64,000 bases of DNA from an uncultured Spirochaetales bacterium (GCA_949283305.1 CASDRU010000016.1:10155-74154), one strand, 5' to 3'; numbered from the stretch's first letter, positions 17,710 through 28,601 are shown. Translations and numbers: made by a program. Notes: generated by a model from the sequence alone, not told the origin.

Positions 17710-19431
17710 TCAATTCTTATACTGGCTTTCATACAAATCTGAATAGAATCCCTTTTTCTCAAGAAGTTCCTTATGGCTTCCGCTCTCGATTATATTTCCA
17801 TCCTTAAGCACAAGGACAAGGTCTGCATTCACGATTGTTGAAAGCCTGTGAGCCACGATGAAGGAAGTACGCCCCTCCTTGAGCCTGTCAAAGGAAGTCT
17901 GGATTATCTTCTCTGTTCTCGTGTCTATGCTGCTTGTCGCCTCATCAAGAATTAAAACCGGAGCATCAGAGAGCATCACACGCGTTATTGCGATCATCTG
18001 TCTCTCACCTTCAGAAAGGCTTGTATCCTCATTTGAGAGCATCGTGTCATAGGAAGAGGAGAGGCGGGAGATGAACGAGTCTGCCTGACTCTTTTTAGCG
18101 GCGCTGAACACCTCCTCATCGCTGTACTTCCTTCCCATCAGGATATTGTCCTTCACGCTTGCCTTGAGTATGAATGTGTCCTGAAGAACAAGCGCTATAT
18201 TGTCTCTCAGGCTTTTTTTCGTAAATGATGATATATCCTTTCCATCTATGAGGATCCTTCCTTTATCGGGATCGTAGAATCTCATCAGAAGATTTATGAT
18301 TGTCGTCTTTCCGCTGCCTGTCGGGCCTACTATTGCGACAGTGCTTCCCTTCTTGACATCTATGCTTATATCCTCTAGCAGCTTCCTGCTTTTGTCATAT
18401 GAGAAAGAAAGATTGTCAAACCTTATTCCACTGCCAACTGTATCAAGATGCTCAACTCCATCATCTGTATCCTTCTTCTCGTCAATGAGCTCGAAAACAC
18501 GTGCAAAGCAGACAAAGGCATTCTCAAGCTCGGTAATGACCTGCGAAATGTCATTGAACGGTTTTGTATACTGTGTGGCATAGCTCAAACATACAGAAAG
18601 AAGTCCGACTGTTATGTTTCCCCTGATTGCAAGCACCGCTCCAAGGAGTGCAACTATCGCATAAACGACATTGTTGACGAATCTTGTAGATGGATTGGTG
18701 ATTGATGAGAAGAAAGTGGCTTTCATGCTTGCATCCGCATAGCGGTTGTTGATCTCTTCCATCTCTTTCTGGCTCACTTCTTCATGATTGTAGCTCTTTA
18801 TCTCCTCAGCATTGTTGAGGCTCTGCTCGACATAGTCAGTCAGATTTCCTCTTTCCTCTGCCTGGCTCTGGAAAGTTCTGTGCGTTCTCTTTGCGATAAA
18901 TGATGCGACAAAAAGTGAAAGAGGAGTAAGGACAACAACCGCAAGGGCAAGTGCCCAGTTGATGGAAAACAGGAGGACAAGAGTTCCTAAAACCGTGATT
19001 ATTGCTGTAAAGAGCTGGGAAAATCCGAGAAGGAGCCCATCGCTTGCTATGTCTATGTCACTGGTAATCCTCGATACGAGGTCCCCTGTCTTATGCGTGT
19101 CGATAAATGATGAGGGAAGACGGACAAGGGAAAAGAATGCATCACGGCGGATGCTGCTGGTGACTTTATATGCAATCCTGTTATTCACTATCTGCATCAG
19201 ATAGAGTGTTATGAAATAGACGGATGCAGATATAAGTATTTCCAGCGCAAGAGGAAAGATTGAGGCAAAGTCAACATCATTCTCTCCTATGATGTAGTCA
19301 ACGGCAAGACCTGCAAGATAGGGCACCAAGAGCGCGCTTATCACAGAAAGGAGTGCAAAGATGAATGAGAGGGCTACAAGGAGTCTGCTCTTTTTAAGAT
19401 ATGCAGCTGTCTTTTTTATTGTCTTAAACAT
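17710..19431 (-). CDS. ABC exporter, fused permease/ATPase (second half of a heterodimeric pair)
   Basis: Six TM helices plus Walker A GPTGSGKTT, signature LSEGERQ and Walker B LILDEATS. Start set to MFKTIKK at 19431 with GGAGGAGGAG upstream. Confidence 0.9.
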   Translation of the reverse strand: MFKTIKKTAAYLKKSRLLVALSFIFALLSVISALLVPYLAGLAVDYIIGENDVDFASIFPLALEILISASVYFITLYLMQIVNNRIAYKVTSSIRRDAFFSLVRLPSSFIDTHKTGDLVSRITSDIDIASDGLLLGFSQLFTAIITVLGTLVLLFSINWALALAVVVLTPLSLFVASFIAKRTHRTFQSQAEERGNLTDYVEQSLNNAEEIKSYNHEEVSQKEMEEINNRYADASMKATFFSSITNPSTRFVNNVVYAIVALLGAVLAIRGNITVGLLSVCLSYATQYTKPFNDISQVITELENAFVCFARVFELIDEKKDTDDGVEHLDTVGSGIRFDNLSFSYDKSRKLLEDISIDVKKGSTVAIVGPTGSGKTTIINLLMRFYDPDKGRILIDGKDISSFTKKSLRDNIALVLQDTFILKASVKDNILMGRKYSDEEVFSAAKKSQADSFISRLSSSYDTMLSNEDTSLSEGERQMIAITRVMLSDAPVLILDEATSSIDTRTEKIIQTSFDRLKEGRTSFIVAHRLSTIVNADLVLVLKDGNIIESGSHKELLEKKGFYSDLYESQYKN

Positions 19432-21124
19432 TCTCCTCCTCCTTTGTCTGTGAATTATATATCTCTCTGTAGAATGAAGAGGTTGAGAGAAGCTCCTCAT
19501 GCGTTCCGGATGAAACAAGTACGCCGTTATCAAGGACAAGGATCATATCCGAGTCAGCAATGCTCTTTATTCTCTGGCTTATTATTATCTTCGTGGCATC
19601 AAGTGTGCTTAAATTCCTTCTCAGCTCAAGATCGGTTTTGTAATCAAGAGCAGAGAATGTATCATCAAGAATGATTATGTCAGCCTTCTTCATAAGAGCT
19701 CTTGCAAGAGACAGCCTCTGGCGCTGACCTCCTGAGAGGTTGCCTGCATTCCTCTCCAGAGGAGCATCAAGGCCCTTCTTCTCGACAAACTCCTCAGCAC
19801 ATGAGAGATGAAGGGCCTCGGAATAAGGCACGCTTCCGGATGCAAAGTCAAGATTGCTTTTAATGCTTCCTGAAAACAGCCTTGCTTTCTGTGCGGCAAA
19901 AGATATCCTGCTTCTAAGAAATTCCTGGCTGTACTCCTTTATATCCTTCCCAAAGAGCATGATGCTTCCGCTTCCTCTGTCATAGAGCCGGCAAATAAGG
20001 AGTGCAAGAGTGCTCTTTCCGCTTCCTGTTCCTCCGATTATGCCAACCCTCATGCCTTTCTTTATAGAAAAGCTTATATCCTTCAGAACATCATTCTTGC
20101 CGTTATATGAGAAACAGACATCTTTGAATGTGATTGCATCCTCGCCTGAAAATGATGAGAGTGTGCCGAAAGTCATCGTTGGAGAGACAGAAAAGACTTT
20201 TTCTATTCTGGATGCGGATGCCAGTGCTTTTGATATCGATATTATGAGATTTGCAAGCTTTATCAGCTCGACAAGAATCTGGCTCATGTAGTTTATCAGG
20301 GCAATTACCTGCCCCTGAGTGAGATTTCCCATATCTACATTGATTGCTCCGAAATAAATCAGCGCGATTATTGCAAGATTGATGACCAGGCTCGTAAGAG
20401 GGCTTGTAAGCGATGATACCCGGCTTGAGAAGAGCTGGAAGTTCTTCATCCCGGTGTTCTCTTCGTCGAACCTTCTCTTCTCATTCTCCTCAAGAGAAAA
20501 GGCCCTGATTACCCTGTTGCCGTCAATGTTCTCCTTTGTGACTGCTGTGACGCTGTCAAGCTTTTCCTGCACTAAGCGGAAACGCTTTATGGAGAGACGG
20601 AGAAGAAGCGCTATTATAAAGGAAAGAAGTGCTATTGATATAAAGAAAATCACAGATGCTGCCGGGGACACGATGAATGCCATGATGGCGGCACCGAATA
20701 CGACAAATGGGGATCTCAGGAGCAGGCGGAGCGTTAAATTGAATCCGCTCTGGACCATGTTCATATCACCGTTCATCCTTGTAATCAGCGTGGATGATCC
20801 GAAATCCTCCATCTCCCTTTTCGAGAAAGAGAGGATGTGAGCAAAAAGGGCCGCTCTCAGATCACGGGCAAACAGGCTTGCACTGCGGGCAGAGAAATAC
20901 TGGGCAGTTATCGAGAAAGCAAGGCCTGTCAAGGCAAGGAGAAGCAGCAGACCTGTCATCCTGAATGTGTAGCTCATATTGCCAAGTGCAATACCTTTAT
21001 CTATTATTGATGCCACTACAAGAGGCACAAGGAGCTCGAAAACCGCTTCAAGAAGCTTGAAGAACGGAGCTGCTATGCATTCTTTCTTATATGGACGTAT
21101 GAAAGAGAATACCTTTTTCTGCAT
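19424..21124 (-). CDS. ABC exporter, fused permease/ATPase (first half of a heterodimeric pair)
   Basis: Walker A GGTGSGKST, LSGGQRQR, IILDDTFS. Overlaps the partner gene by 8 nt. Confidence 0.9.
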   Translation of the reverse strand: MQKKVFSFIRPYKKECIAAPFFKLLEAVFELLVPLVVASIIDKGIALGNMSYTFRMTGLLLLLALTGLAFSITAQYFSARSASLFARDLRAALFAHILSFSKREMEDFGSSTLITRMNGDMNMVQSGFNLTLRLLLRSPFVVFGAAIMAFIVSPAASVIFFISIALLSFIIALLLRLSIKRFRLVQEKLDSVTAVTKENIDGNRVIRAFSLEENEKRRFDEENTGMKNFQLFSSRVSSLTSPLTSLVINLAIIALIYFGAINVDMGNLTQGQVIALINYMSQILVELIKLANLIISISKALASASRIEKVFSVSPTMTFGTLSSFSGEDAITFKDVCFSYNGKNDVLKDISFSIKKGMRVGIIGGTGSGKSTLALLICRLYDRGSGSIMLFGKDIKEYSQEFLRSRISFAAQKARLFSGSIKSNLDFASGSVPYSEALHLSCAEEFVEKKGLDAPLERNAGNLSGGQRQRLSLARALMKKADIIILDDTFSALDYKTDLELRRNLSTLDATKIIISQRIKSIADSDMILVLDNGVLVSSGTHEELLSTSSFYREIYNSQTKEEENV

Positions 21125-21294
21125 AAGACTATCCTACCCTTTTCTCTAAATGGCAGAAAGATGTTTTCTGACACAAGGAACATGAAACTTCACAGTATCT
21201 ATACATTTTGAAAATGAAAGCCACATCTAAGTCTCTTATTCTTAGCTTGTACAAACAAAAAGAGCAAAAATTTTTCTTCCTCAATACCCCTCCT

Positions 21295-21319
21295 TGGCTA
21301 CCTTGAAAAAAGGTAGCCA
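21295..21319. terminator. 10-bp inverted repeat between the M16 peptidase gene and the ABC operon
   Basis: TGGCTACCTT-gaaaa-AAGGTAGCCA. The T-run lies only on the plus-strand side, so its function as the minus-strand terminator is uncertain. Confidence 0.35.
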
Positions 21320-21326
21320 TTCTTTT

Positions 21327-24173
21327 TCAGAACGGAAGTGTCTTATATTCTCCTGACTGACTTTTTTCCTTTAAGAGAGATGCAGAAGAAAGTATTGCCT
21401 TCTCTGCCAGAGGAAGAGATAAAAGGATTGCATCCTTTGCTTTCGCAATATCCAGAAGAGTGACCTCCTCCATTGCTTTCCTATTCTTTTTCCTGTAGCT
21501 GTCAGTAATCCCGTACAGTCTTCTCGACAGATAAATCTGCGCTTTCTGTGCAGGAGAAAGAGGCTTCAGATCCCTGCTCCTTGCTTGGATCTTCGCACTC
21601 TCTAGCTCAGATGACGAAATGTCAAGTGCCTTTGTGGCCTCGATAAAATCAGAAAAGCTCTCATCTATTCTCGGGTCGCGGTATGAATAGTAGACAACGG
21701 CATTTTCAGCTATGTCCATGAATGCACCCGCGCCATAGGCTCCCCCCTTTGCCCTTATATATGCCCAGAGAGTCGTTGAAGAGAGCACTGAAAGAAAGAA
21801 CCTTGCCGCATTCTTTTGTCTGAGCGAGTCAAAATGAGGAGAGAAGGCAGAACTCAGAAAAGCAACTGGGGACGGTATCAAATAGGTCTCATTGGAAGAA
21901 TAAGGCTTAAAGCCATCCTTGTTCTTTCTTTCCCTCCCAGATGAAGAAAAATGCGAGAGGAAGGATGATGCGGCACTGAGGCATATTTCTTCATCTTCCC
22001 TTTCGCAGCATACCTGAAGGTGGAAGCGCTCTCTGTTATTGATTAGGCTTCTTACGGCTCTTATCCCGTCAGAAAGTTCAGAGTAGTTTTCAATATCGCT
22101 TATATCCTTCCAGAATGTTATCCCGCTGATGATCTCTGCATTATGAAGGGATGCAGATAGATGGCTCTCAGCAAGGCTCATTGCATAAGTGTGGGCATTC
22201 TGTATCACACCGGAGAGAAAGTCTGTCTTTATATCCGTAACGGCATTTCTCACCTCATTCTCCTTTATGTTTCCTTCAAGGAGAAGCCTGCTTATGAAAG
22301 CCGTACCTTCTTCTACTGTGTTTGCCAGGAATTTTGCACGAAGCATGAAATAGCATTTGTCTTCCTTTTTCTCAATATCAGATGCACTGTCGACATAAGG
22401 GGCAAACGATCCGGTTAAAAACCTTATCTTCGTACTCACTTCCTCAAGTGACATTTCAGGAAGGGAGCACATGGTGAGAAGCCTTGAATAGATGTTCAGA
22501 TACTGCTTCTGTCTGTCAGAAAAGTCAGAGATATCGACAGCAAGGTCAAAATAGATCACACCTGCAGTATGAAGAGTTATCAGAGTCAGGCTGTCCTTTT
22601 CCTTTCCAGGATTCTTCTCAAATTCCTTTTCTTTCACATCGGAAGAAGAAAGAGTGGGAAATGAAGAGAGAGCCTCCTCATCATCTTCTTCCCTTTTATA
22701 GGCCTCAAGTAGCTCTTCATCCTCTTTGCAGTAAAGCGCACTCTCTTCTTCAAGTGAAAGTGCAAGCTTTCTTTCCAGCTCCGCCTCTTCTTCCTTTGAC
22801 ATCTTTACAACAGAGAGGACCCTTGTGCTGTTATTGAGAATCTCATTTCTGATAAACTCATTGAAAAGGAGCGGATTTTTCCTGTACTCGGCCCTTATTT
22901 TCTCAAAATCATCAAACGGCTCTGTATAGTCAAAAACATTTTTGTTATACGCAAATGCCCTGTCAATCTTGAAAAGAGCTCTCATTCCATCAGGAATTCC
23001 TCCAGGAATCTCCTTTAAGGAGAACTCGTAGCGGCGAAGCGCAGCTTCCACCTGCATCTCGCCAAGGGGAGTGCTTGCAATCTCTTCCAGGGCTGAGAGT
23101 ATAAAAGCCTCAGCTTTGATCTCATCTTCCTCTCTTGCCCCTGAAAATCCGCAGGAGAATGTATAGTGCGAAAAATCGCTGCTCATACCGCTTTCAGAAG
23201 AAAGGTCCTCGCCTATGCCGCTTTCCTTTATTCTCATGTAAAGAGGACAGCCAGGAGAGCCCAGGAGGATATCCACAAGAATCGAGAGCATCATTCCATA
23301 CACAGCGTCTGAAGAAGGAGCAAGGCGCCATGAGAGAAGTATGCTGCACTTCTCTTCATCTGATCCTTCTGCAAGCATTGAAGAGGAGTGCACCTTCCTG
23401 GGCGCATCAAATGCCGGAAGATTTACATATCTCTCAATTTCATCGCCAGAGCTTGCATCTGCCAAATAACTTTCAAGGCGGCAGAGAATCTCATCCGTCT
23501 CAAAATCTCCCCACAAGAAAAGATGCATGTTTGACGGACTGTAATATTTCTCATACGTCTTTTTGTACTCTTCCCATTTGAGGTGCGTGATTGCTACCGG
23601 CTCTCCTCCGCTTTCATAGCTGTAGGCAGTATCTGGAAAAAGGGAGCGCTGGCTTGAAGTGCTTATCACGCTCTCATGCTGGGTAGCAGATCCAAGCATC
23701 TCAGAATATACAACTCCCTCAAAATGGAATTCACCGTTTTTTTCCGCCACATGGCATGCCTCGCTCATGAAGGCTTCTTTTCTCAGCAGAGGATCAAAGA
23801 CAGCATCTGTATATACATCAAAGAAATTGAGAAAGTCTTTCTTCACAGGACTGGAAGCAAGATAATATGTCCTGTCAACGCCTGTCATAGCGTTTGCAAA
23901 CGTGCTGCATCCGCTTTTGAGCAGTTCGGTAAACGGATCCTTAAGTCGATATTTCCTGCTCCCGGATAAAACAGTATGCTCGATTATGTGGAATACCCCG
24001 CTGTCATCAAAGGGAGGCGTGTACACAACATATGAGAAAAAGGCCTCCGGATCCTTGTTCTTTACATGAAAGACCTCAAAGCCGCTTTTCTCATGTCTGT
24101 ATAAAAAACACTCGCCATCAAAGCTCCGGCTCTTCTTTGAGCCGCAAAGCGTAAAATCATGTTTCCTGTCCAT
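21327..24173 (-). CDS. M16C-family (PreP/insulinase-like) zinc metallopeptidase
   Basis: 948 aa with the inverted zincin motif HIIEHTVLSGS near the N-terminus. Confidence 0.88.
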   Translation of the reverse strand: MDRKHDFTLCGSKKSRSFDGECFLYRHEKSGFEVFHVKNKDPEAFFSYVVYTPPFDDSGVFHIIEHTVLSGSRKYRLKDPFTELLKSGCSTFANAMTGVDRTYYLASSPVKKDFLNFFDVYTDAVFDPLLRKEAFMSEACHVAEKNGEFHFEGVVYSEMLGSATQHESVISTSSQRSLFPDTAYSYESGGEPVAITHLKWEEYKKTYEKYYSPSNMHLFLWGDFETDEILCRLESYLADASSGDEIERYVNLPAFDAPRKVHSSSMLAEGSDEEKCSILLSWRLAPSSDAVYGMMLSILVDILLGSPGCPLYMRIKESGIGEDLSSESGMSSDFSHYTFSCGFSGAREEDEIKAEAFILSALEEIASTPLGEMQVEAALRRYEFSLKEIPGGIPDGMRALFKIDRAFAYNKNVFDYTEPFDDFEKIRAEYRKNPLLFNEFIRNEILNNSTRVLSVVKMSKEEEAELERKLALSLEEESALYCKEDEELLEAYKREEDDEEALSSFPTLSSSDVKEKEFEKNPGKEKDSLTLITLHTAGVIYFDLAVDISDFSDRQKQYLNIYSRLLTMCSLPEMSLEEVSTKIRFLTGSFAPYVDSASDIEKKEDKCYFMLRAKFLANTVEEGTAFISRLLLEGNIKENEVRNAVTDIKTDFLSGVIQNAHTYAMSLAESHLSASLHNAEIISGITFWKDISDIENYSELSDGIRAVRSLINNRERFHLQVCCEREDEEICLSAASSFLSHFSSSGRERKNKDGFKPYSSNETYLIPSPVAFLSSAFSPHFDSLRQKNAARFFLSVLSSTTLWAYIRAKGGAYGAGAFMDIAENAVVYYSYRDPRIDESFSDFIEATKALDISSSELESAKIQARSRDLKPLSPAQKAQIYLSRRLYGITDSYRKKNRKAMEEVTLLDIAKAKDAILLSLPLAEKAILSSASLLKEKSQSGEYKTLPF

Positions 24174-24185
24174 AAATAATCCTAA

Positions 24186-25556
24186 TCAGAATTCAGTAAG
24201 GAAAGCCGATGCGGTGAGCCTTCCTGCATAGCTGAATGCCTCGTCCGATGCGTCTTTATATTCCTCTGAATATCCGCACGAGAATACTGAGTAATCGCTG
24301 TATACTGTTTCCTGAGTCTTTGTATCAAACACATCTATATGTGCATCAACACGCACTGCGGTACTTCTTTCTGTTACTGTGTCATCAGTTATTCCTGCCC
24401 TTATTATGAGCACATACGGCTTTGCATCCCCGTTTGAAAGATAAGAATGAAGCACATCAGAAAGGCTCTCCCCTTCCCCTTTTACTGCAGAAAAAGGAAT
24501 CATGAGATCTGAAAAGAATGAATTGAATCCATCAAGGAACAGCTCATCCTCATTCTCCTCGCCTTTCTCATCATAAGTGACGATTACTGCATCGAGCATC
24601 AAAGAGAAATCGAAACGCTCATCGTAGGTGTAGCTCACGCTCTTTTCCTCTATGATCCTCATTATGCTCTCATAATATGCTGTATTCAGGCTCTCAAGCT
24701 TCTTCAGCTTCTCCTCATCAAAATTGAAAGATACATCCACTGCACCTTTTCTGATGTAATAGCTGTTCGTGAAAACCGCATCATATCTGCCCTTGCTGTC
24801 AGTCAGGCCGTCAATATAATCACTCTTCATCTCTGAATCGCTCTCGACCATTTTAAAAGTGAAGATCAAAGGGGCATTTTCAACAGGAGGATGGAAAAGC
24901 CCTCTGTTTCTTTTCACGCTTGCATTGCTGTTTATACTGCCGGAATCTGAACTGACCTTTAAATTCATGCCCTCAAGGTAATATGAGACATAATCGCTGT
25001 AAATTACAGTGCTTCTGACACTCTCATCCCTGACAGGTCCCTCCAGAGAGAGAATAAGCGCGTCAAGAGAAAGAGAAAAAGCATCAGCATCAAAGCCATC
25101 GCGGTATCTTTCTCTTGATGAGGCCAAAAGCGTTTTTATCTCTTCTTCTCTTTCCTGGCTCTCTGCAGCCTCAATTGTCCTCATCTGGTCAAAGAGATCC
25201 GCATCGACAGAAAATCCGAGATAGAACGTATATTCATCCCCGGAGCGGAAACTGTATGTGTTTTCCACCCTTCCCTCAAGCTCTGCGATGCTTCCGCCTG
25301 TGAGCATCTGACGGTAATACCTTGTATATGCATCCCAGCCAAGGTCCCTGCTCATCTCATCGAGGGAAGATCTGTATGCACCCTGACGAGCTTCATCCTC
25401 ACTTGAAGCAGTGGCAGAAGAGATGAAAAGGATGCGGCCTGACGGGCTATGCGGATTTGTAATCCAGAGGGGAAGATTGAGACGGGAAAGGTCAAAAGAA
25501 GAGCATGATGTGAAAATCAATAGTGCTGAGAGTAAAAGAAAGACAATTTTCTTCAT
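24186..25556 (-). CDS. lipoprotein of unknown function (LPP20-like N-terminus, tentative)
   Basis: Signal peptide with lipobox IFTSC. 456 aa. 4-nt overlap with the upstream gene. Confidence 0.6.
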   Translation of the reverse strand: MKKIVFLLLSALLIFTSCSSFDLSRLNLPLWITNPHSPSGRILFISSATASSEDEARQGAYRSSLDEMSRDLGWDAYTRYYRQMLTGGSIAELEGRVENTYSFRSGDEYTFYLGFSVDADLFDQMRTIEAAESQEREEEIKTLLASSRERYRDGFDADAFSLSLDALILSLEGPVRDESVRSTVIYSDYVSYYLEGMNLKVSSDSGSINSNASVKRNRGLFHPPVENAPLIFTFKMVESDSEMKSDYIDGLTDSKGRYDAVFTNSYYIRKGAVDVSFNFDEEKLKKLESLNTAYYESIMRIIEEKSVSYTYDERFDFSLMLDAVIVTYDEKGEENEDELFLDGFNSFFSDLMIPFSAVKGEGESLSDVLHSYLSNGDAKPYVLIIRAGITDDTVTERSTAVRVDAHIDVFDTKTQETVYSDYSVFSCGYSEEYKDASDEAFSYAGRLTASAFLTEF

Positions 25557-26449
25557 AGCAGTACTCCTGCTGATATGCTCATCGTATTTCCCCTTAATGT
25601 TGAATATCTGTAGGCTATATTATAATACAGATTCACGCTGATATAGTGCTCATAGCCTGCTACAATTTCAGCTTCAAGCGAAAACGATGGCGAAAAAGAA
25701 AAAAGCATTGCAGCATCTGCAAAGACTGCCCCGCTTCTGATCATGGAGAAATCTGAAGAAAGGAGCGATGAAAGATTCCACCTCGCCTTGAGAGACAGAA
25801 GCGGCGAATATATGCTCCTTCCACGCACATTTGTGTATTCAAAGCCTAAAGAAGGATATATGTTCTTGAAAAGACTCATGAAATAAAAGCGGATACCCGC
25901 AGAAGGCATAAAGGAATCAAGAGGGGTCGAAAAAGAGATCTCGGCTGAAAAAACAGGTCCGCTTTGAACTCTGTAGCCTGCCTTTGCACTCTTTCCTGAA
26001 AAATGCTCAAGCATGTTCACTCCATCTTCTTTCTCGCTGACCATCAGAACGCTCTTTCTCTTCCCCTCATCATCCAGCGCATATAAAAGCTTTCCTTCAC
26101 TGTAGTCTGTCTCAGATGCGATGAAGCGCCCGTCCTCATAGAAAATCACAGGGCCATCGGAAAAGAGGGCCTTCTCAAGCCGGAGTGAGTTCTCTATGCT
26201 CTTCTTTATCTCTTCTTCCCCGCTTGCGCTGATGTTCCTCTCCTTGCCGTCCACCGTATATGAGATGAAGATGAATCCATCACTTTCTCTGTAATCCGTG
26301 ATAACTAAATCCGCATCCCGTCTTCCATCCATCTGGGAATAAAATACAGAGAGTATTTCATCCGGGACCGTGCCGGGAGCAGAAACAGATGAGAAGGCTG
26401 ACAGATTAACCAGCACAAGAAGAGACAGAAGTATTGCTATCTTTCTCAA
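25553..26449 (-). CDS. secreted protein with a beta-rich C-terminal half, unknown function
   Basis: Cleavable-looking signal peptide, and alternating hydrophobic pattern in the last ~130 aa. 4-nt overlap with pepT. Confidence 0.55.
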   Translation of the reverse strand: MRKIAILLSLLVLVNLSAFSSVSAPGTVPDEILSVFYSQMDGRRDADLVITDYRESDGFIFISYTVDGKERNISASGEEEIKKSIENSLRLEKALFSDGPVIFYEDGRFIASETDYSEGKLLYALDDEGKRKSVLMVSEKEDGVNMLEHFSGKSAKAGYRVQSGPVFSAEISFSTPLDSFMPSAGIRFYFMSLFKNIYPSLGFEYTNVRGRSIYSPLLSLKARWNLSSLLSSDFSMIRSGAVFADAAMLFSFSPSFSLEAEIVAGYEHYISVNLYYNIAYRYSTLRGNTMSISAGVLL

Positions 26450-27672
26450 GCTTCCACCTGTATTTTCATTATCTCAAGAACAAGGAGGGCCGAACGGTGC
26501 ATTGCATCAAGACTCACCCACTCTTTCAGAGAATGAAGATTATGTCCGCCTGTGAAGATATTGGGACAGCTTATGCCGAGCCTCTCAGCCATTCTTGCTC
26601 CATCAGTTCCTCCGCGGATTATTGTCTTCCTGATATCGACACCTATATTCTTTCCCCCGTTAACTATCGCATCAATGGCAGATGAATCCCTGCGGTTTAT
26701 CTCCCCCATGTTGTGATATGAGACATGGCTTGTTATCTCAAGTGAGCCGCGGTATATGTCGGCAATTGCTTTTGCAAGATTCTCAACTGAGGCAATCCTG
26801 TGCTCGAACTCAGCTTTATCAAAATCCCTGATGAACACATCAAGACGAGCCTCTGTCTGGGTTCCGGAAAGCGAAAGCGGGCAGTAATAGCCGTAGCGCT
26901 CATCCGTTGCTTCCGGGCTCTCTGCCTGGGGAAGAGCTGATGCGATATGAGAAAGAATTGTGACCGCATTTACAAGCTTTCCGCGCGCCGACCCAAGGTG
27001 AATGCTGTTTCCTTTTGCATTTATCGTGATGCTTGCAGCGTTGAAGCATTCATCTTCTATATATGGCTCCTCTGCCCCGTCTATTGTGTAACAGACTTTG
27101 GCAGAGACCCTCTCATACGGGAAATTGTCCATTCCTGCACCGGTTTCTTCATCGCATGTAAAATAAACCTCAATATCCGGATGAGGAAAGTCGGGATTTT
27201 CCTTTATGTATTCAAGGACGCTCATTATTATCGCAACCCCTGCCTTGTCATCAGAGCCCAGCAGTGTGCTGCCGTCACTTGTTATGATGCATCCTCCTTC
27301 ATATTTTTTCAAATCAGGATTCTCTTCGACAGAAATCACAACCCCAGAAGAAAGAGTTATGTCCTTTCCGTCATAGCACTCTATTACATTTGCTTTAACT
27401 CCGTTGCCCATCACGTCATCGGCAGTGTCCACGTGAGCCATGAAAGCAATCCTTCTGCCTTTTCTGTTGCCCTTGAGCACGCCTGAAAGGACCCATGTAT
27501 CATCAAGCATTGTCTCCAGGCCAAGAGCCTTGAGCTCTTTCTCAAGCTGGAGTATAAGATCCTTCTGACCCTCTGTTGTAGGGATTTTCTTTCCCGCATT
27601 CTCGGGATTGCTCATAGTGTCGAATTCTGTATAACTGATAAAACGTCTGACAAGTGACTTTTTGATATCCAT
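26446..27672 (-). CDS. pepT: peptidase T (tripeptide aminopeptidase)
   Basis: FMAHVDT, SDDKAGVAI and CDEETG motifs of M20B PepT. Confidence 0.9.
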   Translation of the reverse strand: MDIKKSLVRRFISYTEFDTMSNPENAGKKIPTTEGQKDLILQLEKELKALGLETMLDDTWVLSGVLKGNRKGRRIAFMAHVDTADDVMGNGVKANVIECYDGKDITLSSGVVISVEENPDLKKYEGGCIITSDGSTLLGSDDKAGVAIIMSVLEYIKENPDFPHPDIEVYFTCDEETGAGMDNFPYERVSAKVCYTIDGAEEPYIEDECFNAASITINAKGNSIHLGSARGKLVNAVTILSHIASALPQAESPEATDERYGYYCPLSLSGTQTEARLDVFIRDFDKAEFEHRIASVENLAKAIADIYRGSLEITSHVSYHNMGEINRRDSSAIDAIVNGGKNIGVDIRKTIIRGGTDGARMAERLGISCPNIFTGGHNLHSLKEWVSLDAMHRSALLVLEIMKIQVEA

Positions 27673-27721
27673 ATATCACCTCTTGAAACATTATGCCACT
27701 TGTCAGCCTTTAGGGAAAGTT

Positions 27722-28588
27722 CTACCCGCTTATTTTCTTCAGTATTGAGAAATCCTGCCATACCTGGTAAACAGTGAAGACTCCGAGAATTACTGCGGCA
27801 ATCACAGGAGAATAGCCGAATGCTGCAGAAGTTGTCAGCACGGCACTGGCGATTCCCCAGGACGCAGCCGGCTCCTTTGTTATCTCAGTGATCCACTCTT
27901 CAAATGTCTGCTGCGGGATCGTGCTGTTCTTGTCAAAGAACTGGCAGAGTGAGTAGATTGCAGAGGCAAGAACACCGGCGGCAATTGCCGCGGCACATGC
28001 TGCTGTTACCTTCCCCCACACTACAAGGTTCGGCACGAATGCATACACAATTGCGGCAGTAAGCAGGACAGCTGCCTTTATGACCATCTTGCGTACTATA
28101 TCGTTGTATTCCTTTCTCTGCTGGGTATTCATCACACGGCTCAGTGCGCTGCCGCTTTCCTCTAGATTGCGCTCAAGGTCATCAATTTCAGCTCTTGCCT
28201 TCTCTATCTCAGCCTTTGCCTCCGGGCTGCTCACCATGCTCTCTGCCTTATTGAACACTTCGTCCACATTGCTATACTCATCAGTGTAGAGAGCAAACTC
28301 CAGATATTCTCTTCCTCCCTCCTCGCTCAATGTCCTGCTTGCCACCTGGCGGGCATCAAAATCCTCTTCAAGGATTCTCTCAAGATCTTCAGGAAGGCTC
28401 TCATCCTCCCTCAAGGCCTTCTTCACTTCATCAAGATGCATGTCAATCAGCTTTGCTGCCCTCTCGGCAAGAAGCCTGTCTGAAAGACTTTCCGGCCCCG
28501 ACAGTCCCATGGTGCATGAATAAAGCAGCGATGCGATGAGGATTATCGCGATGACCTTCACTCTCTGTGTTTTTGCGAAAAATTCCAT
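27722..28588 (-). CDS. membrane lipoprotein-like protein, unknown function
   Basis: Lipobox LLYSC, acidic coiled-coil-like middle region, 3-4 C-terminal TM helices. Confidence 0.55.
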   Translation of the reverse strand: MEFFAKTQRVKVIAIILIASLLYSCTMGLSGPESLSDRLLAERAAKLIDMHLDEVKKALREDESLPEDLERILEEDFDARQVASRTLSEEGGREYLEFALYTDEYSNVDEVFNKAESMVSSPEAKAEIEKARAEIDDLERNLEESGSALSRVMNTQQRKEYNDIVRKMVIKAAVLLTAAIVYAFVPNLVVWGKVTAACAAAIAAGVLASAIYSLCQFFDKNSTIPQQTFEEWITEITKEPAASWGIASAVLTTSAAFGYSPVIAAVILGVFTVYQVWQDFSILKKISG

Positions 28589-28601
28589 AGCTCCTCCTTT
28601 T

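Noticed and set aside
21129-21320. 63-aa Cys-rich ORF in the M16 peptidase / ABC operon intergenic region
   Set aside because: It has no SD. It spans the inverted repeat and the likely promoter region, and its composition looks non-coding. It was kept only as intergenic regulatory space.
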